From: an uncultured Candidatus Micrarchaeota archaeon
GTDB taxonomy: Archaea; Micrarchaeota; Micrarchaeia; Anstonellales; Bilamarchaeaceae
Direction: 5' to 3'
DNA length: 64,000 nt
NCBI GenBank assembly: GCA_963714085.1
Contig: OY970229.1
Coordinates: 1,507,540 to 1,571,539 of the forward strand
The translations under genes and the position numbers were made by a program. Shown here one piece after another: positions 48,643-58,703 of this stretch (the first letter of the stretch is position 1; the number at the start of each line of letters is the position of its first letter). Below the pieces are notes generated by a model. It ran no database searches, was not told the DNA's origin, and saw nothing but the letters and a program-made list of their open reading frames with translations.

Positions 48643-49473
48643 ATGAATGATATGTCAGAGTACATCCTAGAGATAGATTCCGCCACAAAGGAATACCGGT
48701 CCGAGGGAGCCACGTTCGTGGCGCTCAAGGGGATCAGCATCAAGATAAAGAAGGGCGAGTTCGTGGCGATAACGGGCCCGTCGGGCAGCGGGAAGAGCAC
48801 GCTCCTGCACTTGCTCGGGTGCCTGGACGTGCCGAGCAGCGGCGAGGTGTACCTCGACAGCGTGCCGATATCCAAGATGAGCTCGGACGACCTGGCCGTC
48901 GCGAGGAACAAGAAGATAGGCTTCGTGTTCCAGGCGTTCAACCTCTCGTCAACGCTCAGCGTCTTCAGGAACGTGGAGCTCCCTCTCATGATAAGCGAGA
49001 TGGACGACGAGAGGCGCGCGCCCATCGTCAAGGAGTGCCTGTCCATCGTCGGGCTCTCGAGCAAGGAGAAGAGCATGCCCTCGCAGCTCAGCGGCGGGGA
49101 GAGGCAGAGGGTGGCGATCGCCAGGGCGCTCGCGAACCAGCCGGAGATGATACTCGCGGACGAGCCGACCGGCAACCTGGACTCCAAGTCCGGCAAGGAC
49201 GTCATGGACTTCCTCGCCGACCTGTGGCAGGAGCGCGGGATAACCGTAGTCATAGTCACGCACGAGCCGGTCGTGGCCGCATACAGCGAGAGGGTCGTGC
49301 ACATAAGGGACGGAAAGATAGAGAGCGAGACCCTCCAGAAGCCCACGAGGGCGAAGGACGGCGACCACATAAAAGTCAAGGAATTTGAGGATGCCAGGGC
49401 AGTCCCGAAGCCCGCTGGGCAGAAGGGTGGCAAGAGCAAGGTGAAGGAGTTCGAGGATGCTAGAGGTGCTTGA
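48643..49473 (+). CDS. LolD/MacB-type ABC ATP-binding protein
   Basis: GPSGSGKST, LSGGERQRVAIARAL, ILADEPTGNLD. Confidence 0.95.
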   Translation: MNDMSEYILEIDSATKEYRSEGATFVALKGISIKIKKGEFVAITGPSGSGKSTLLHLLGCLDVPSSGEVYLDSVPISKMSSDDLAVARNKKIGFVFQAFNLSSTLSVFRNVELPLMISEMDDERRAPIVKECLSIVGLSSKEKSMPSQLSGGERQRVAIARALANQPEMILADEPTGNLDSKSGKDVMDFLADLWQERGITVVIVTHEPVVAAYSERVVHIRDGKIESETLQKPTRAKDGDHIKVKEFEDARAVPKPAGQKGGKSKVKEFEDARGA

Positions 49474-51096
49474 ATGAAAACGATGACCCATATATTATTC
49501 GGCGTATTGATGATTTGCATGATGGCGGGCGTGCTGTCCGCCGCGAACACCGGCACCACCGCGGGTTCCACCAACGGTGCCGCGCTGCAGGTGAGCGGCT
49601 ACACCACGGTCCCCCAGAGCGTGTATCCCGGCTCGAAGGGCGAGCTGCAGGTCACGATAGCCAACTCTGGCACTGACACCGCATCGGCGACCGTGGTCAA
49701 TTACGAGCTGCCGGGCCAGACCCAGCCGTCCCAGGTCACGGTCGGCGACATAGGCGCCGGAAGCAGCGCCATAGCATCCATACCCTTCCAGGTCCCCATG
49801 AACGTGAGCAGCGGCTTCTTCGTCATGAACCTGAACGTCGTGTACTTCGGCGACCCGACCGACACGACCGTGAAGAACACTCCGCTCTCGATAACGATAA
49901 TGGTCTCCCAGCACCAGATACTCAACGTCAAGACGGTATCCGTGACGCCCCAGTCCGTGCAGGCCGGGGACGAGGTCACGGTGGACCTCGATGTGCAGAA
50001 CACCGGCGGAGTGATGAACAACGCGGTCATAACCGCGGACGGCGACACCACTTTCACGCTCGCCGGAACGACGCAGCAGTCCATCGGCAACGTCCCATCC
50101 GGAGGCAATGTGAACGTCTCCGTGCTCCTCGTCGCGTCCTCATCCGCGGCTCCGGGAAGGTACAACATCCCGCTGATCGTGGACTACGAGGACCTGCTGC
50201 AGAACACGGTGAACCAGACGGTCTCCGTGGGCCCGGTGACGGTGTCCGAGCCATCGGCCCAGTTCATGGTGTCGATGGTACCGACAGGCCAGGTCGAGGT
50301 CGGAGGCGAGGCGCCGTTCGCGCTCACCCTGACGAACCTCGCCGCCAACGTCATATCCGCGACCGTGGACCTCACTGAGAACACGCCGTTCACTCCCATA
50401 GGCTCCAGCAGGCTGTTCTTCAGCGGCATAGAGCCGGGCCAGAGCCAGACCCAGACGGTCATGGTCGGCATCGAGGCCGGGACGACCTCGGGATACTACG
50501 ACTTCCCCCTGACCATCACCAGCAACGGCAATTCCTACAACCAGACCATGGGCATACTGGTGAACGCGACGTCGGACTTCGATGTCAGCGCGACTACGAC
50601 GCCTGAATTCGTCTCGACCGGCAGCACCGGGGTCAAGCTGACCGCGGAGATAGCCAACACCGGTAACGGGCCCATGAGGAGCGTGTACGCCGACGCGGCG
50701 TCCACGGAGGACTTCGTGGTGATAGGCACCACGGACAAGTTCATCGGCACCCTCAACATAGACGACTTCGGCACGCTGCCGCTGATCATCGACGTGCCCC
50801 AGAACCTGACCCCGGGCGATTACAGCCTGCCCATATCCGTGACCTTCAAGGACGCCAACAACGTGGAGCAGACCATAGTGAAGAACCTCACCATAACCAT
50901 CTATTCGCAGCAGGACGCGGCCAGGGACAACCTCCTGGCCAGCGGAGGCACCGGGACTACTGGAGCCACGGGCGCCTACGGCGGAAGGAGCGGTGGCGGG
51001 CTCTTCGGCATATCCTACCTGATGTGGATAGGCATCATCGTGGTGATCGTCCTGGCCTACTACGGCTACAAGAGGTACAAGGGGAGCAAGAAATGA
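49474..51096 (+). CDS. COG1361-like S-layer-domain protein
   Basis: Signal peptide, repeated Ig-like segments (N.G...; PG.Y.LP), C-terminal TM; lies between ABC ATPase and permease. Confidence 0.82.
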   Translation: MKTMTHILFGVLMICMMAGVLSAANTGTTAGSTNGAALQVSGYTTVPQSVYPGSKGELQVTIANSGTDTASATVVNYELPGQTQPSQVTVGDIGAGSSAIASIPFQVPMNVSSGFFVMNLNVVYFGDPTDTTVKNTPLSITIMVSQHQILNVKTVSVTPQSVQAGDEVTVDLDVQNTGGVMNNAVITADGDTTFTLAGTTQQSIGNVPSGGNVNVSVLLVASSSAAPGRYNIPLIVDYEDLLQNTVNQTVSVGPVTVSEPSAQFMVSMVPTGQVEVGGEAPFALTLTNLAANVISATVDLTENTPFTPIGSSRLFFSGIEPGQSQTQTVMVGIEAGTTSGYYDFPLTITSNGNSYNQTMGILVNATSDFDVSATTTPEFVSTGSTGVKLTAEIANTGNGPMRSVYADAASTEDFVVIGTTDKFIGTLNIDDFGTLPLIIDVPQNLTPGDYSLPISVTFKDANNVEQTIVKNLTITIYSQQDAARDNLLASGGTGTTGATGAYGGRSGGGLFGISYLMWIGIIVVIVLAYYGYKRYKGSKK

Positions 51097-52328
51097 AACT
51101 CAAGGACATCCTCGACCTTGCCCTCACCAGCATACAGCACAGGCACCTGCGGAGCTGGCTCACCATACTTGGCATAGTCATCGGCGTGGCATCCATCATC
51201 ACGCTGATAGGCATAAGCCTGGGGATAAGCAGCGAGATAAGCTCCAGGCTGAACACGCTCGGGAGCAACATAATAACCATAAGCCCGGGCGGGCAGCAGG
51301 CGTCCCGCATGGGAGGCGGCGGGTTCGTGCAGCCCACGGGACCCGGCGGCTCGGGGGGCGAGAAGACCACCCCGGAGATAACGTTCCGGGAAGCCAGCGA
51401 CCTGAGCACCCTGCCCGGAGTGGAGAAGCTGGACACGCGTATCCAGAAGCGCCAGACCATCGAGTACCAGAACCAGAACTCATCCCTCACCGTGATAGGC
51501 ACGGACCCGGCGGCTTTCGCGGACACGGTCGGGGTCGTGATGTACAACGGCCGCTACCTGAACCCCAGCGACGGGCAGTCCGCGGTGGTCGGGTTCGGAG
51601 TGGCCAACCAGACGTTCAGCGACCTGGACATGCTCGACAAGCAGATAAAGATAGACGGCATCCCGTTCCACGTGGTCGGGATACTCAACTCGTCCGGCGG
51701 CGCGGGTTTCGGCACCGTGGACAACGACGTGTTCATACCGGTGAAGACCGCCGAGGAAATGTTCAACCAGACAACGGACGTCAGCGAGCTCGTGGTGATG
51801 GTGTCAGCGGACCATGACACGGACACGGTCGCGAGCGAGCTGGAGAACGAGCTCATAATCCTGCACCGCGTGACGAAGGACACCGAGGACTTCACCATAA
51901 CCACGGCGGCGACATTGGAATCCACGATATCGAGCGTCACGGACACCCTCGGGCTGCTCCTTGGCGGCATAGCGTCGATCTCGCTGCTGGTCGGCGGCAT
52001 AGGCGTCGCGAACACCATGTTCATGAGCGTGCTGGAGCAGACCAGGGACATAGGCGTGTACAAGTCGCTGGGCGCCAAGAACAGGGACGTGGTCTACATG
52101 TTCCTCTGCGAGGCGGCGATAATCGGATTCGTGGGCGGCTTCCTGGGAGTCATACTCAGCTTCGTCGTATCGGCCATCCTGGGCAACTTCGGCGTGCCGA
52201 TCACGATAAGCGCGGAGCTGGTCCTCGGAGGGCTGTTCTTCTCGGTCGTGATAGGCGTGGTGGCCGGCTGGGCGCCGGCAAGGAACGCGGCTTCGATACC
52301 GCCGGTGGAAGCGCTGAGGTACGAGTAG
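51093..52328 (+). CDS. MacB/FtsX-family ABC permease
   Basis: RSWLTILGIVIGV, ISLLVGGIGVANTM..SV.E.T..IG..KSLGA, PARNAA...PVEALRYE. Confidence 0.95.
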   Translation: MKLKDILDLALTSIQHRHLRSWLTILGIVIGVASIITLIGISLGISSEISSRLNTLGSNIITISPGGQQASRMGGGGFVQPTGPGGSGGEKTTPEITFREASDLSTLPGVEKLDTRIQKRQTIEYQNQNSSLTVIGTDPAAFADTVGVVMYNGRYLNPSDGQSAVVGFGVANQTFSDLDMLDKQIKIDGIPFHVVGILNSSGGAGFGTVDNDVFIPVKTAEEMFNQTTDVSELVVMVSADHDTDTVASELENELIILHRVTKDTEDFTITTAATLESTISSVTDTLGLLLGGIASISLLVGGIGVANTMFMSVLEQTRDIGVYKSLGAKNRDVVYMFLCEAAIIGFVGGFLGVILSFVVSAILGNFGVPITISAELVLGGLFFSVVIGVVAGWAPARNAASIPPVEALRYE

Positions 52329-53524
52329 CTACTTTTTTTATTTCAAAAGCCGGCTAACGGCCCATAGGCAGGACCGAAATCGCTCAGGCTGTCTATATCC
52401 TCAAGCTTTCTTATCCCCAGGTAATCCTTGATCCTGGTTTCCATCCTGGCGAATGCCGCTGCCAAACGCGATTCGAGGCCAGGATCCCCGATGACATCGC
52501 GATATGCCGCCACGTCTTTGCCAAGGATGCGCCGGGTCAGGAATTTAAGGTCGGACCGGATTTCATCCTTGCTTAACAGGTGACATAATTCGAAATCCAG
52601 GATCGGGACGCACACTTTTCCTGCGGCATCGAACCACGCCCCGTCCTTGCCCGGAGATTCGTTATGGTGGATGCCATTCGAAGCGAGCACGATTTTTGAA
52701 AAATGAAAGGGAAGCAGGATCGACCATGCATGTTCGCGCAGGCTGATCAGCTTCTCCCGATGATCCTGATCGGATCCCGTATAAGAGTCAGAGACTTCTG
52801 AGACGTGTCTCATGTCCGGATCCAAATCAGATTCGAATCTGGATGAACTGATTGATCCATCCAGGCCTTGCATATACTCGAAAAGGCCGAACCTCTGTCC
52901 GAGCTTGTCCTCAAGATATCCGATGGGTGATTCGAAGCGGATGGCGAACGCCTCGTCTTCATAATCGGCAAAACCCGACAAGGCCCGCGCCACGAGGATT
53001 TCCCCCAATGTGAGATTGCACGTCCTCTCGCCATGGCGGTGCTCGTCTCCGGGTCCTCTCTCTTTTTTCACTACGAACTCCCCGGACCCGTCATCTGGAG
53101 CGATGAAAAAAATCTCCCTGCCCTCGGCGCGGGCTTCCCTGGTCCTCCGCTTCTGGGCCAGACTGAACTTTTCCGGCGTACTGGAATATTCACGAAATAG
53201 AAAAAGGGCACCGTCTCTTGTCGGAATGCTATGCAGCCTCATGGCCTCCCTGCGGTTCTCCTCATCGGCCGGGCTAAGCTTTTGAAAACGATGAAGATTG
53301 ACCGGTTTCGCGGCATCTCCTTTTTGCGGCGGCTTCAGACCGCCAATCCCACCCTTGTCCATGCTTAACTTATGCTAATCCGGCTTTAAAAGCATTTGCT
53401 TATACTTTTAAACACATTCTTCATTATTAAAATATCGGAAAATCAATCATATGATTGAAATATCAATCGACTGGAGGGCCAGGAACGCGGCTTCGATACC
53501 GCCGGTGGAAGCGCTGAGGTACGA
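52281..53524 (+). repeat. 44-bp perfect direct repeat pair (52281-52324 and 53481-53524) bracketing a 1.2-kb insert
   Basis: aggaacgcggcttcgataccgccggtggaagcgctgaggtacga occurs twice, exactly 1200 bp apart. Confidence 0.95.
52343..53362 (-). CDS. Atypical protein-kinase-like fold protein
   Basis: FVVKK, LFEYMQG, NGIHHNE and ILDFE fall in the order of kinase subdomains II, V, VIb, VII (degenerate). Confidence 0.55.
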   Translation of the reverse strand: MDKGGIGGLKPPQKGDAAKPVNLHRFQKLSPADEENRREAMRLHSIPTRDGALFLFREYSSTPEKFSLAQKRRTREARAEGREIFFIAPDDGSGEFVVKKERGPGDEHRHGERTCNLTLGEILVARALSGFADYEDEAFAIRFESPIGYLEDKLGQRFGLFEYMQGLDGSISSSRFESDLDPDMRHVSEVSDSYTGSDQDHREKLISLREHAWSILLPFHFSKIVLASNGIHHNESPGKDGAWFDAAGKVCVPILDFELCHLLSKDEIRSDLKFLTRRILGKDVAAYRDVIGDPGLESRLAAAFARMETRIKDYLGIRKLEDIDSLSDFGPAYGPLAGF

Positions 53525-53552
53525 ATAGCGGATTTTTCAAGATGTGAACGGT

Positions 53553-54266
53553 CTATCTGTCCCAACCGAGCAGCTGAACGCGGGAGAGGTCCGGTTCATT
53601 GTTCATGCGTTGGGCAGGGATTGCAACCGACAGGAGGATGGGGCTCAATTGTTCGACCTGGTAGTCCCGTACCCCATACATATCGAGCATCTCGCGGATC
53701 TCCTCCATCGTAAATGTTCTCCCTGACCAGGAGAGGGATGCCGAACGGAAGGCATGGCCATCGAAGCTCACGTCCGAAACAAGCATGCTCCGGTAATACG
53801 CGAGGCGGTGCTCAAGCCCGAGGACTACCGAGTCCCCGGTGTTCGGATAAAGAGAGACGAGTGTCAGCCTCGAGATGCGCGTGAGCTCCTTGAGCCATTG
53901 GTGTCGCTCTGCAAGCGCGCAGTTCCCGAGCGTATTAACCGTAACATATGCCAGATCGAATTCTAGGTCAAGGAAACCGGTTCTCCGCACATCGCGTACC
54001 AGGAAGGTGAGGCGGAAATCATTCAGGTTCGCCTTATCCTCCGCGATGGCGAGTTCGTTATAATCGATGCCGACTATTCTCCCATCCAACCGGTCCTTCA
54101 ATGCGTTCATGTCCTCGCCGAGGCCGCATCCGACATCGAGCAGGAGCGGGGCGTAACGCAGTTGCTTCCGGAGCCCGTGCGCATGCCTGACGATCGCTTC
54201 GCGTTCGAGGTTTTTCAGGTCCTTAAGAAGGGGGTATTCTAGGAGTTTGGAATTCATCGAGCGCAA
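53553..54266 (-). CDS. Class I SAM-dependent methyltransferase
   Basis: LLDVGCGLG, IVGIDYN, FDLA...NTLGN. Confidence 0.85.
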   Translation of the reverse strand: MRSMNSKLLEYPLLKDLKNLEREAIVRHAHGLRKQLRYAPLLLDVGCGLGEDMNALKDRLDGRIVGIDYNELAIAEDKANLNDFRLTFLVRDVRRTGFLDLEFDLAYVTVNTLGNCALAERHQWLKELTRISRLTLVSLYPNTGDSVVLGLEHRLAYYRSMLVSDVSFDGHAFRSASLSWSGRTFTMEEIREMLDMYGVRDYQVEQLSPILLSVAIPAQRMNNEPDLSRVQLLGWDR

Positions 54267-54532
54267 GGCTCTGAGTGCCGTCTGTTTGTCTCCGAGGAAA
54301 GTTACCAGTATTCCACCATTATTCTATATGTATAAAAACAAATAAAAACCAATCTCAAATCCCCAAAATCCAGGCTACCGTATTTTCCCCACCTTTTGAC
54401 GAACCTCGCCATCAATGCACCGGCATGCGAGGGGTCGGGCGCATCGGTTTCGATATCCTTGCTCGGCAGGAGCATTTTCTACTTCTGCAAATCCCACTTT
54501 TCAATATAGCTGGTTTTGAGATGCCGATTTCC

Positions 54533-55525
54533 TCAATTTTTTCCCGCAGGGAAATAGCTCGTCACAATCTCGTTAGTCACAAGCGTGGTATCCCTCCGCT
54601 TGATGATGTTGCTGAACCTGTCCTTAAACCGTTGATTGAAAGACCTCAGGTCCGCTGTTGTCGGCACTTCCAGTTCTATCGATAAGTCGTAGTAACCTAT
54701 TGTCTCAGTGGCCCATAGCACATGCGGTTCGAAGCTAAGGAACGAGTAGAGCTCCTTTTTCTTCTTCTCTGTCGCCCGCTTGAGGTTGATCCAGATCTTG
54801 TAGTACGAATAGCCGAGTTTTGCGTAATCTATCCAGACGTGGGAACCTTGGATGATCCCATCCTTTTTCAAACGTTTGATTGATTCCATGACTGTCGGAA
54901 TCGATACGTCTGCGCGCTCTGAGAGCGTTTTTACCGGCGCCCTTGCATCTGCTGAGAGCGCTTCCAGCAGCTGGTTTTCAGCGTCAGAAACGCTCCGTAT
55001 CTCTGTTGTTTCGCTGCTCCTTACAATCTCGCGCGCCCCATTTGCGAAGCCGAAATCCCTTTTGAAATAGTTGAAGATGAGCGTGTGCATCAGCTGTTTC
55101 TCAATGACGTAGTCTCCGAAGCGCTCCCCGAAGTCTGATATGAAATCAGACACCTCCATGGCATCGCGCACCCTTGGGGCGACATTCAGGTCCCAATCCC
55201 CTTCGCAATTGGCCGCCCACCCGATTGTTTTGAGGCTTTTGATATACCGGATAATCTCCTTCTCTACATCCGTGGGAAGCTCCTCGAACTTGAACAGAAT
55301 AGGGTACATCCTGAAGCCGAGTTTATGGAGATCCATTTCTGTGAGATAGCCTCTGATGAGGCCAAATTTCTCCATATTCTTCACGCGGTATAGGACGACT
55401 TCCTTGCTCACTCCTATTTTCTTTCCTATCTGGCGATAGCTCTGCCTTGCATCAAGTTCGAGCTCACGGAGTATCTTGAAGTCTTTCGCATCTGGTTTCG
55501 GGCTCTCCGTTTTGGTTTTTATCAT
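54533..55525 (-). CDS. Tandem (double-domain) Lrp/AsnC regulator
   Basis: Two HTH plus effector-domain units: LELDARQSYRQIGKKIG...GDWDL and LSADARAPVKTLSERA...GYYDL. Confidence 0.9.
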   Translation of the reverse strand: MIKTKTESPKPDAKDFKILRELELDARQSYRQIGKKIGVSKEVVLYRVKNMEKFGLIRGYLTEMDLHKLGFRMYPILFKFEELPTDVEKEIIRYIKSLKTIGWAANCEGDWDLNVAPRVRDAMEVSDFISDFGERFGDYVIEKQLMHTLIFNYFKRDFGFANGAREIVRSSETTEIRSVSDAENQLLEALSADARAPVKTLSERADVSIPTVMESIKRLKKDGIIQGSHVWIDYAKLGYSYYKIWINLKRATEKKKKELYSFLSFEPHVLWATETIGYYDLSIELEVPTTADLRSFNQRFKDRFSNIIKRRDTTLVTNEIVTSYFPAGKN

Positions 55526-55629
55526 TATTTTACCTTTTGCAAATATATTTTCTATCTTATTTATGTTTGGTAAAATTTTTAAAGATAAGGTTTATTATTC
55601 GCCTTTGAGTTGTTGTTAATGGTGGTATA

Positions 55630-57510
55630 ATGATTAAGAAAGAAAATGACCGAGCCGGATTCCTGCTCCTGCTCTCAGATCCAAAAACTGCTTTGGCGGC
55701 AATAAGAAGGGCTGACACGGATACGCTCAGGCACATAGCAGATTATTCGGATAATGCAGGAATGCGCCTGGCCGCGATAAAAAGATTGGACTGTGCTGGC
55801 ATCGGCGTTTATGCCAAGCTCAAAGATAAGCCAATTAAGGAAGGCGTTTGGCACGGATTTGTTCCAGAGCTTATCAGGACAAATGCAGAATTACTCTACC
55901 TTGCCCAAAATGGCAATGAGAAGATAAAAGTTGTGATCGCTATGAGCAGCGATATCGACATCAATATTCGCATGGAAGCAGTAAATGCTCTAAGCGGCAA
56001 GTTCGCCAGACTAAAAATTATCCACCGTCTTAGACATGGGATGGACGAGAGTACTTCACTGACCGATAATGAAAAAGTTATGGCTGCGTGTGCAAGATTG
56101 CTCCCTCGAGAGAAGGGTAACAAATACGTTGCTGCTTATTCCGAAGACGAAAGCGAAGCCATGGCTGCTTTTGGAAGGATAAATGAACAAGAAGAATTAT
56201 GGTTTGTTGCTGCAAGGAGTCCGAATCCAGAAATCCGAAAGACAGCAGTTTGCCGCATTGAAGATGAAAAGCAAGTCGGGGCGCTAATAGCCAAGCTTGT
56301 GGGCAGAGGCCGCACATTATCTACTTTGGGCTGCCATTATTTTCATATGCCGCGCGGTTATCAAGAAGCAATAGATAACCTGTTAGAAAAAAATCGCATA
56401 GAATCTATTTTGGAACCGCTGCGCGAGTTGGCAGATGCAAGGAATGAGAATGAACATCATCGCAAGCGCCTTGCCGAGGCCTGCACCTTCTTGGGCCAAA
56501 GTGGAAAAGAATTGCCCGAGGAAGTCCATCTTTTCATAGCACTGTACGTTAGGAAAGTTACAAAATCGATCGAATGTGAAAACGGGCCCTATCGTACAAA
56601 AACACTGTTTGAAGGCAACGACGCGGTGCGGCTGGCTTCATTGAGAAAATTGGGCGAGAAGGCTCTCGCGGAAGTGGCGCTAACTATTGAAGACGATATG
56701 GATATTGCCGCAAGGGCAGCGCGGAAGATAAATGACCAGGATGCGCTGTCGAAGATTGCGCTGAGATGGGCCAGGGGTCGGTATGGAGCTTCGTATGGTT
56801 GGTATAGCGTTACAGAACCTGCAAAAATAGCAATCGACGCTCTTGATGCATGCCACCTACGTCTTTTCCTATTAAACTACCAAGGAATGGATCTGCAGTT
56901 TCATGACGATTACTGCCCGACAATCGCCTATGCACTAAAGCAATTAGGAAGCAAAATCTCCACAACTGCAGAGCCAGAAATACTTCAATTCATCGCAATG
57001 CATGCCCCGAACACAGAGGAAAGACATGCGGCATTTGAAAAAATAATGCACCTGCCTGAATTAATTGAAGGCATTATCACGCATGTTTACATAAGACATG
57101 ATAACTATGTTCATGCGCCTTATGGCGAATATCGCGATGTTGCAGGATGGGTCTTGGACGCGCTTTACGATGCAGATAAGGGCAGATTTGTTGTTGCAAC
57201 ATGCAAATGCCGTTATAACGAGCAGGTTGAGGAGTTATTGCAAAAAACGGGGGCCATAGATGACCTCATTGTGCTTGCCAGAATCAAAAAAGAGTTCAGG
57301 GAAGAGCTCAGGGCATGCCCTTGGTCCAAAACAGTTGAGAAAATCACCGACGCTTGCGATAAAAGGCTGGCCACGTTAGGAATCAACCCTGCGCTTGCAG
57401 ATCTTCTTGCGAAGAATCCGCTTGCGCGTGGAGAAGCAGTTGATGCAAACATGGCAAAACGCCCCGTGCCTTCGGCTTTTCAACGGGCAAAAAAGCTACC
57501 TAATAGATAA
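55630..57510 (+). CDS. Alpha-solenoid/HEAT-like repeat protein (lower GC)
   Basis: MRLAAIKRL, IRMEAVNAL, IRKTAVCRIED, VRLASLRKL, ERHAAFEKI repeats. Confidence 0.75.
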   Translation: MIKKENDRAGFLLLLSDPKTALAAIRRADTDTLRHIADYSDNAGMRLAAIKRLDCAGIGVYAKLKDKPIKEGVWHGFVPELIRTNAELLYLAQNGNEKIKVVIAMSSDIDINIRMEAVNALSGKFARLKIIHRLRHGMDESTSLTDNEKVMAACARLLPREKGNKYVAAYSEDESEAMAAFGRINEQEELWFVAARSPNPEIRKTAVCRIEDEKQVGALIAKLVGRGRTLSTLGCHYFHMPRGYQEAIDNLLEKNRIESILEPLRELADARNENEHHRKRLAEACTFLGQSGKELPEEVHLFIALYVRKVTKSIECENGPYRTKTLFEGNDAVRLASLRKLGEKALAEVALTIEDDMDIAARAARKINDQDALSKIALRWARGRYGASYGWYSVTEPAKIAIDALDACHLRLFLLNYQGMDLQFHDDYCPTIAYALKQLGSKISTTAEPEILQFIAMHAPNTEERHAAFEKIMHLPELIEGIITHVYIRHDNYVHAPYGEYRDVAGWVLDALYDADKGRFVVATCKCRYNEQVEELLQKTGAIDDLIVLARIKKEFREELRACPWSKTVEKITDACDKRLATLGINPALADLLAKNPLARGEAVDANMAKRPVPSAFQRAKKLPNR

Positions 57511-57614
57511 AAAAATCAAACTCGGATATGTGAAGTGAGATTGCCAAACTTACTTTTTCATTCCAAATGGTCTGCTCACACAGCTATAAAAAATGATTAC
57601 GTTATAATAACGTT

Positions 57615-58388
57615 ATGCAAGTGGCGAAAGAGAAGAGACGCACCAAGATATACAATGAGCTAGCCCGGCATTTCCCCTTATGGCGGGAGGCCTGCCTGGA
57701 GGAGAAAGGCAGGGACCTCAAAGAGACGCTATTCATCAAGCAGGTGTTCAAAGCCGCAGGGGGAAACATACGCTCGGTCGTCGATCTCGGCGGTGGCGTC
57801 GGGACGCACTCGAAGGGGCTTGTCGAGGCGGGTTATGACGTGACCCTGTTCGACCAATCCCGGATCGCGATCGCCATAGCGCAGCGGGGCACCCCCAGGC
57901 TCGCGACGGTCCAAGGCTGTTTCGAGTCGATATACCTGGACACGGGGTTCGATGCGGCGGTATGCATGTGGTCGACACTGGCCTACGTCCACGGCGAAAA
58001 GGGCCGCAAGCATTTCTATCAGTGGCTCAGAGACCACGCCAAGGACGTCATCATCCTCGACCAGGCCAATTTCCATGCTTATCCGAGAGTGTTCCACAAG
58101 GTATACGAAGCGGAGAACGAGGGATACGCCATCAAAGTGACGAGGGACTGGGTTCTTGACGCGCATGGCTGCAAGCGCACGAAGTTCGTCTACGAGCTTT
58201 TCAACAAGAGGACCGGGGCCAGAGAGGTCATAGACGACGAAGAGACGCAGAAATACATCCCCATCGAGCGGCTCGCGTGTTATCTGGGCAGGGGATGGGA
58301 CCTGGCGCACCTGGTCGGCGACTACGACCTCGCGGAACGCTATGAGCGCGAGCGCTCGTCCAGGATGATAGCCGTCTTCACGAAGTAG
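57615..58388 (+). CDS. Class I SAM-dependent methyltransferase
   Basis: VVDLGGGVGTH, VTLFDQS, FDAAVCMW. Confidence 0.88.
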   Translation: MQVAKEKRRTKIYNELARHFPLWREACLEEKGRDLKETLFIKQVFKAAGGNIRSVVDLGGGVGTHSKGLVEAGYDVTLFDQSRIAIAIAQRGTPRLATVQGCFESIYLDTGFDAAVCMWSTLAYVHGEKGRKHFYQWLRDHAKDVIILDQANFHAYPRVFHKVYEAENEGYAIKVTRDWVLDAHGCKRTKFVYELFNKRTGAREVIDDEETQKYIPIERLACYLGRGWDLAHLVGDYDLAERYERERSSRMIAVFTK

Positions 58389-58390
58389 GA

Positions 58391-58606
58391 TCAGCTTGTT
58401 TTTGAAGCGCCGACGCCAAGCACGCTCAGCGCGTGGGTCGTGGGGAAGACTATGCCGACTATTCCCATTGCGACTATGGTTGCACTCAATCCGCCCGTGG
58501 AATACAGGTAGAGCAGTGCGAGCACCACTATGACATACCTCGCCAAAAGCATGTAATCTATCTTCGTGTCTGTCTTCGCCTTAGCGTCCCCTTTCGATAC
58601 GGCCAT
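58391..58606 (-). CDS. Small membrane protein
   Basis: SD aggtga; two hydrophobic segments. Confidence 0.6.
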   Translation of the reverse strand: MAVSKGDAKAKTDTKIDYMLLARYVIVVLALLYLYSTGGLSATIVAMGIVGIVFPTTHALSVLGVGASKTS

Positions 58607-58703
58607 ATCTTCACCTTGGCTTCGTTATAGGCAACAAAGGCATGATTGATAAAGCTAACACCCGGATCACTGCGGCCTTTCGGGATATGTTGAAAGTAGA
58701 AAA

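Noticed and set aside
49372..49470. KVKEFEDAR duplicated at the ABC ATPase C-terminus
   Set aside because: A short, synonymously diverged in-frame duplication with nothing inserted between the copies; probably a neutral tail repeat.
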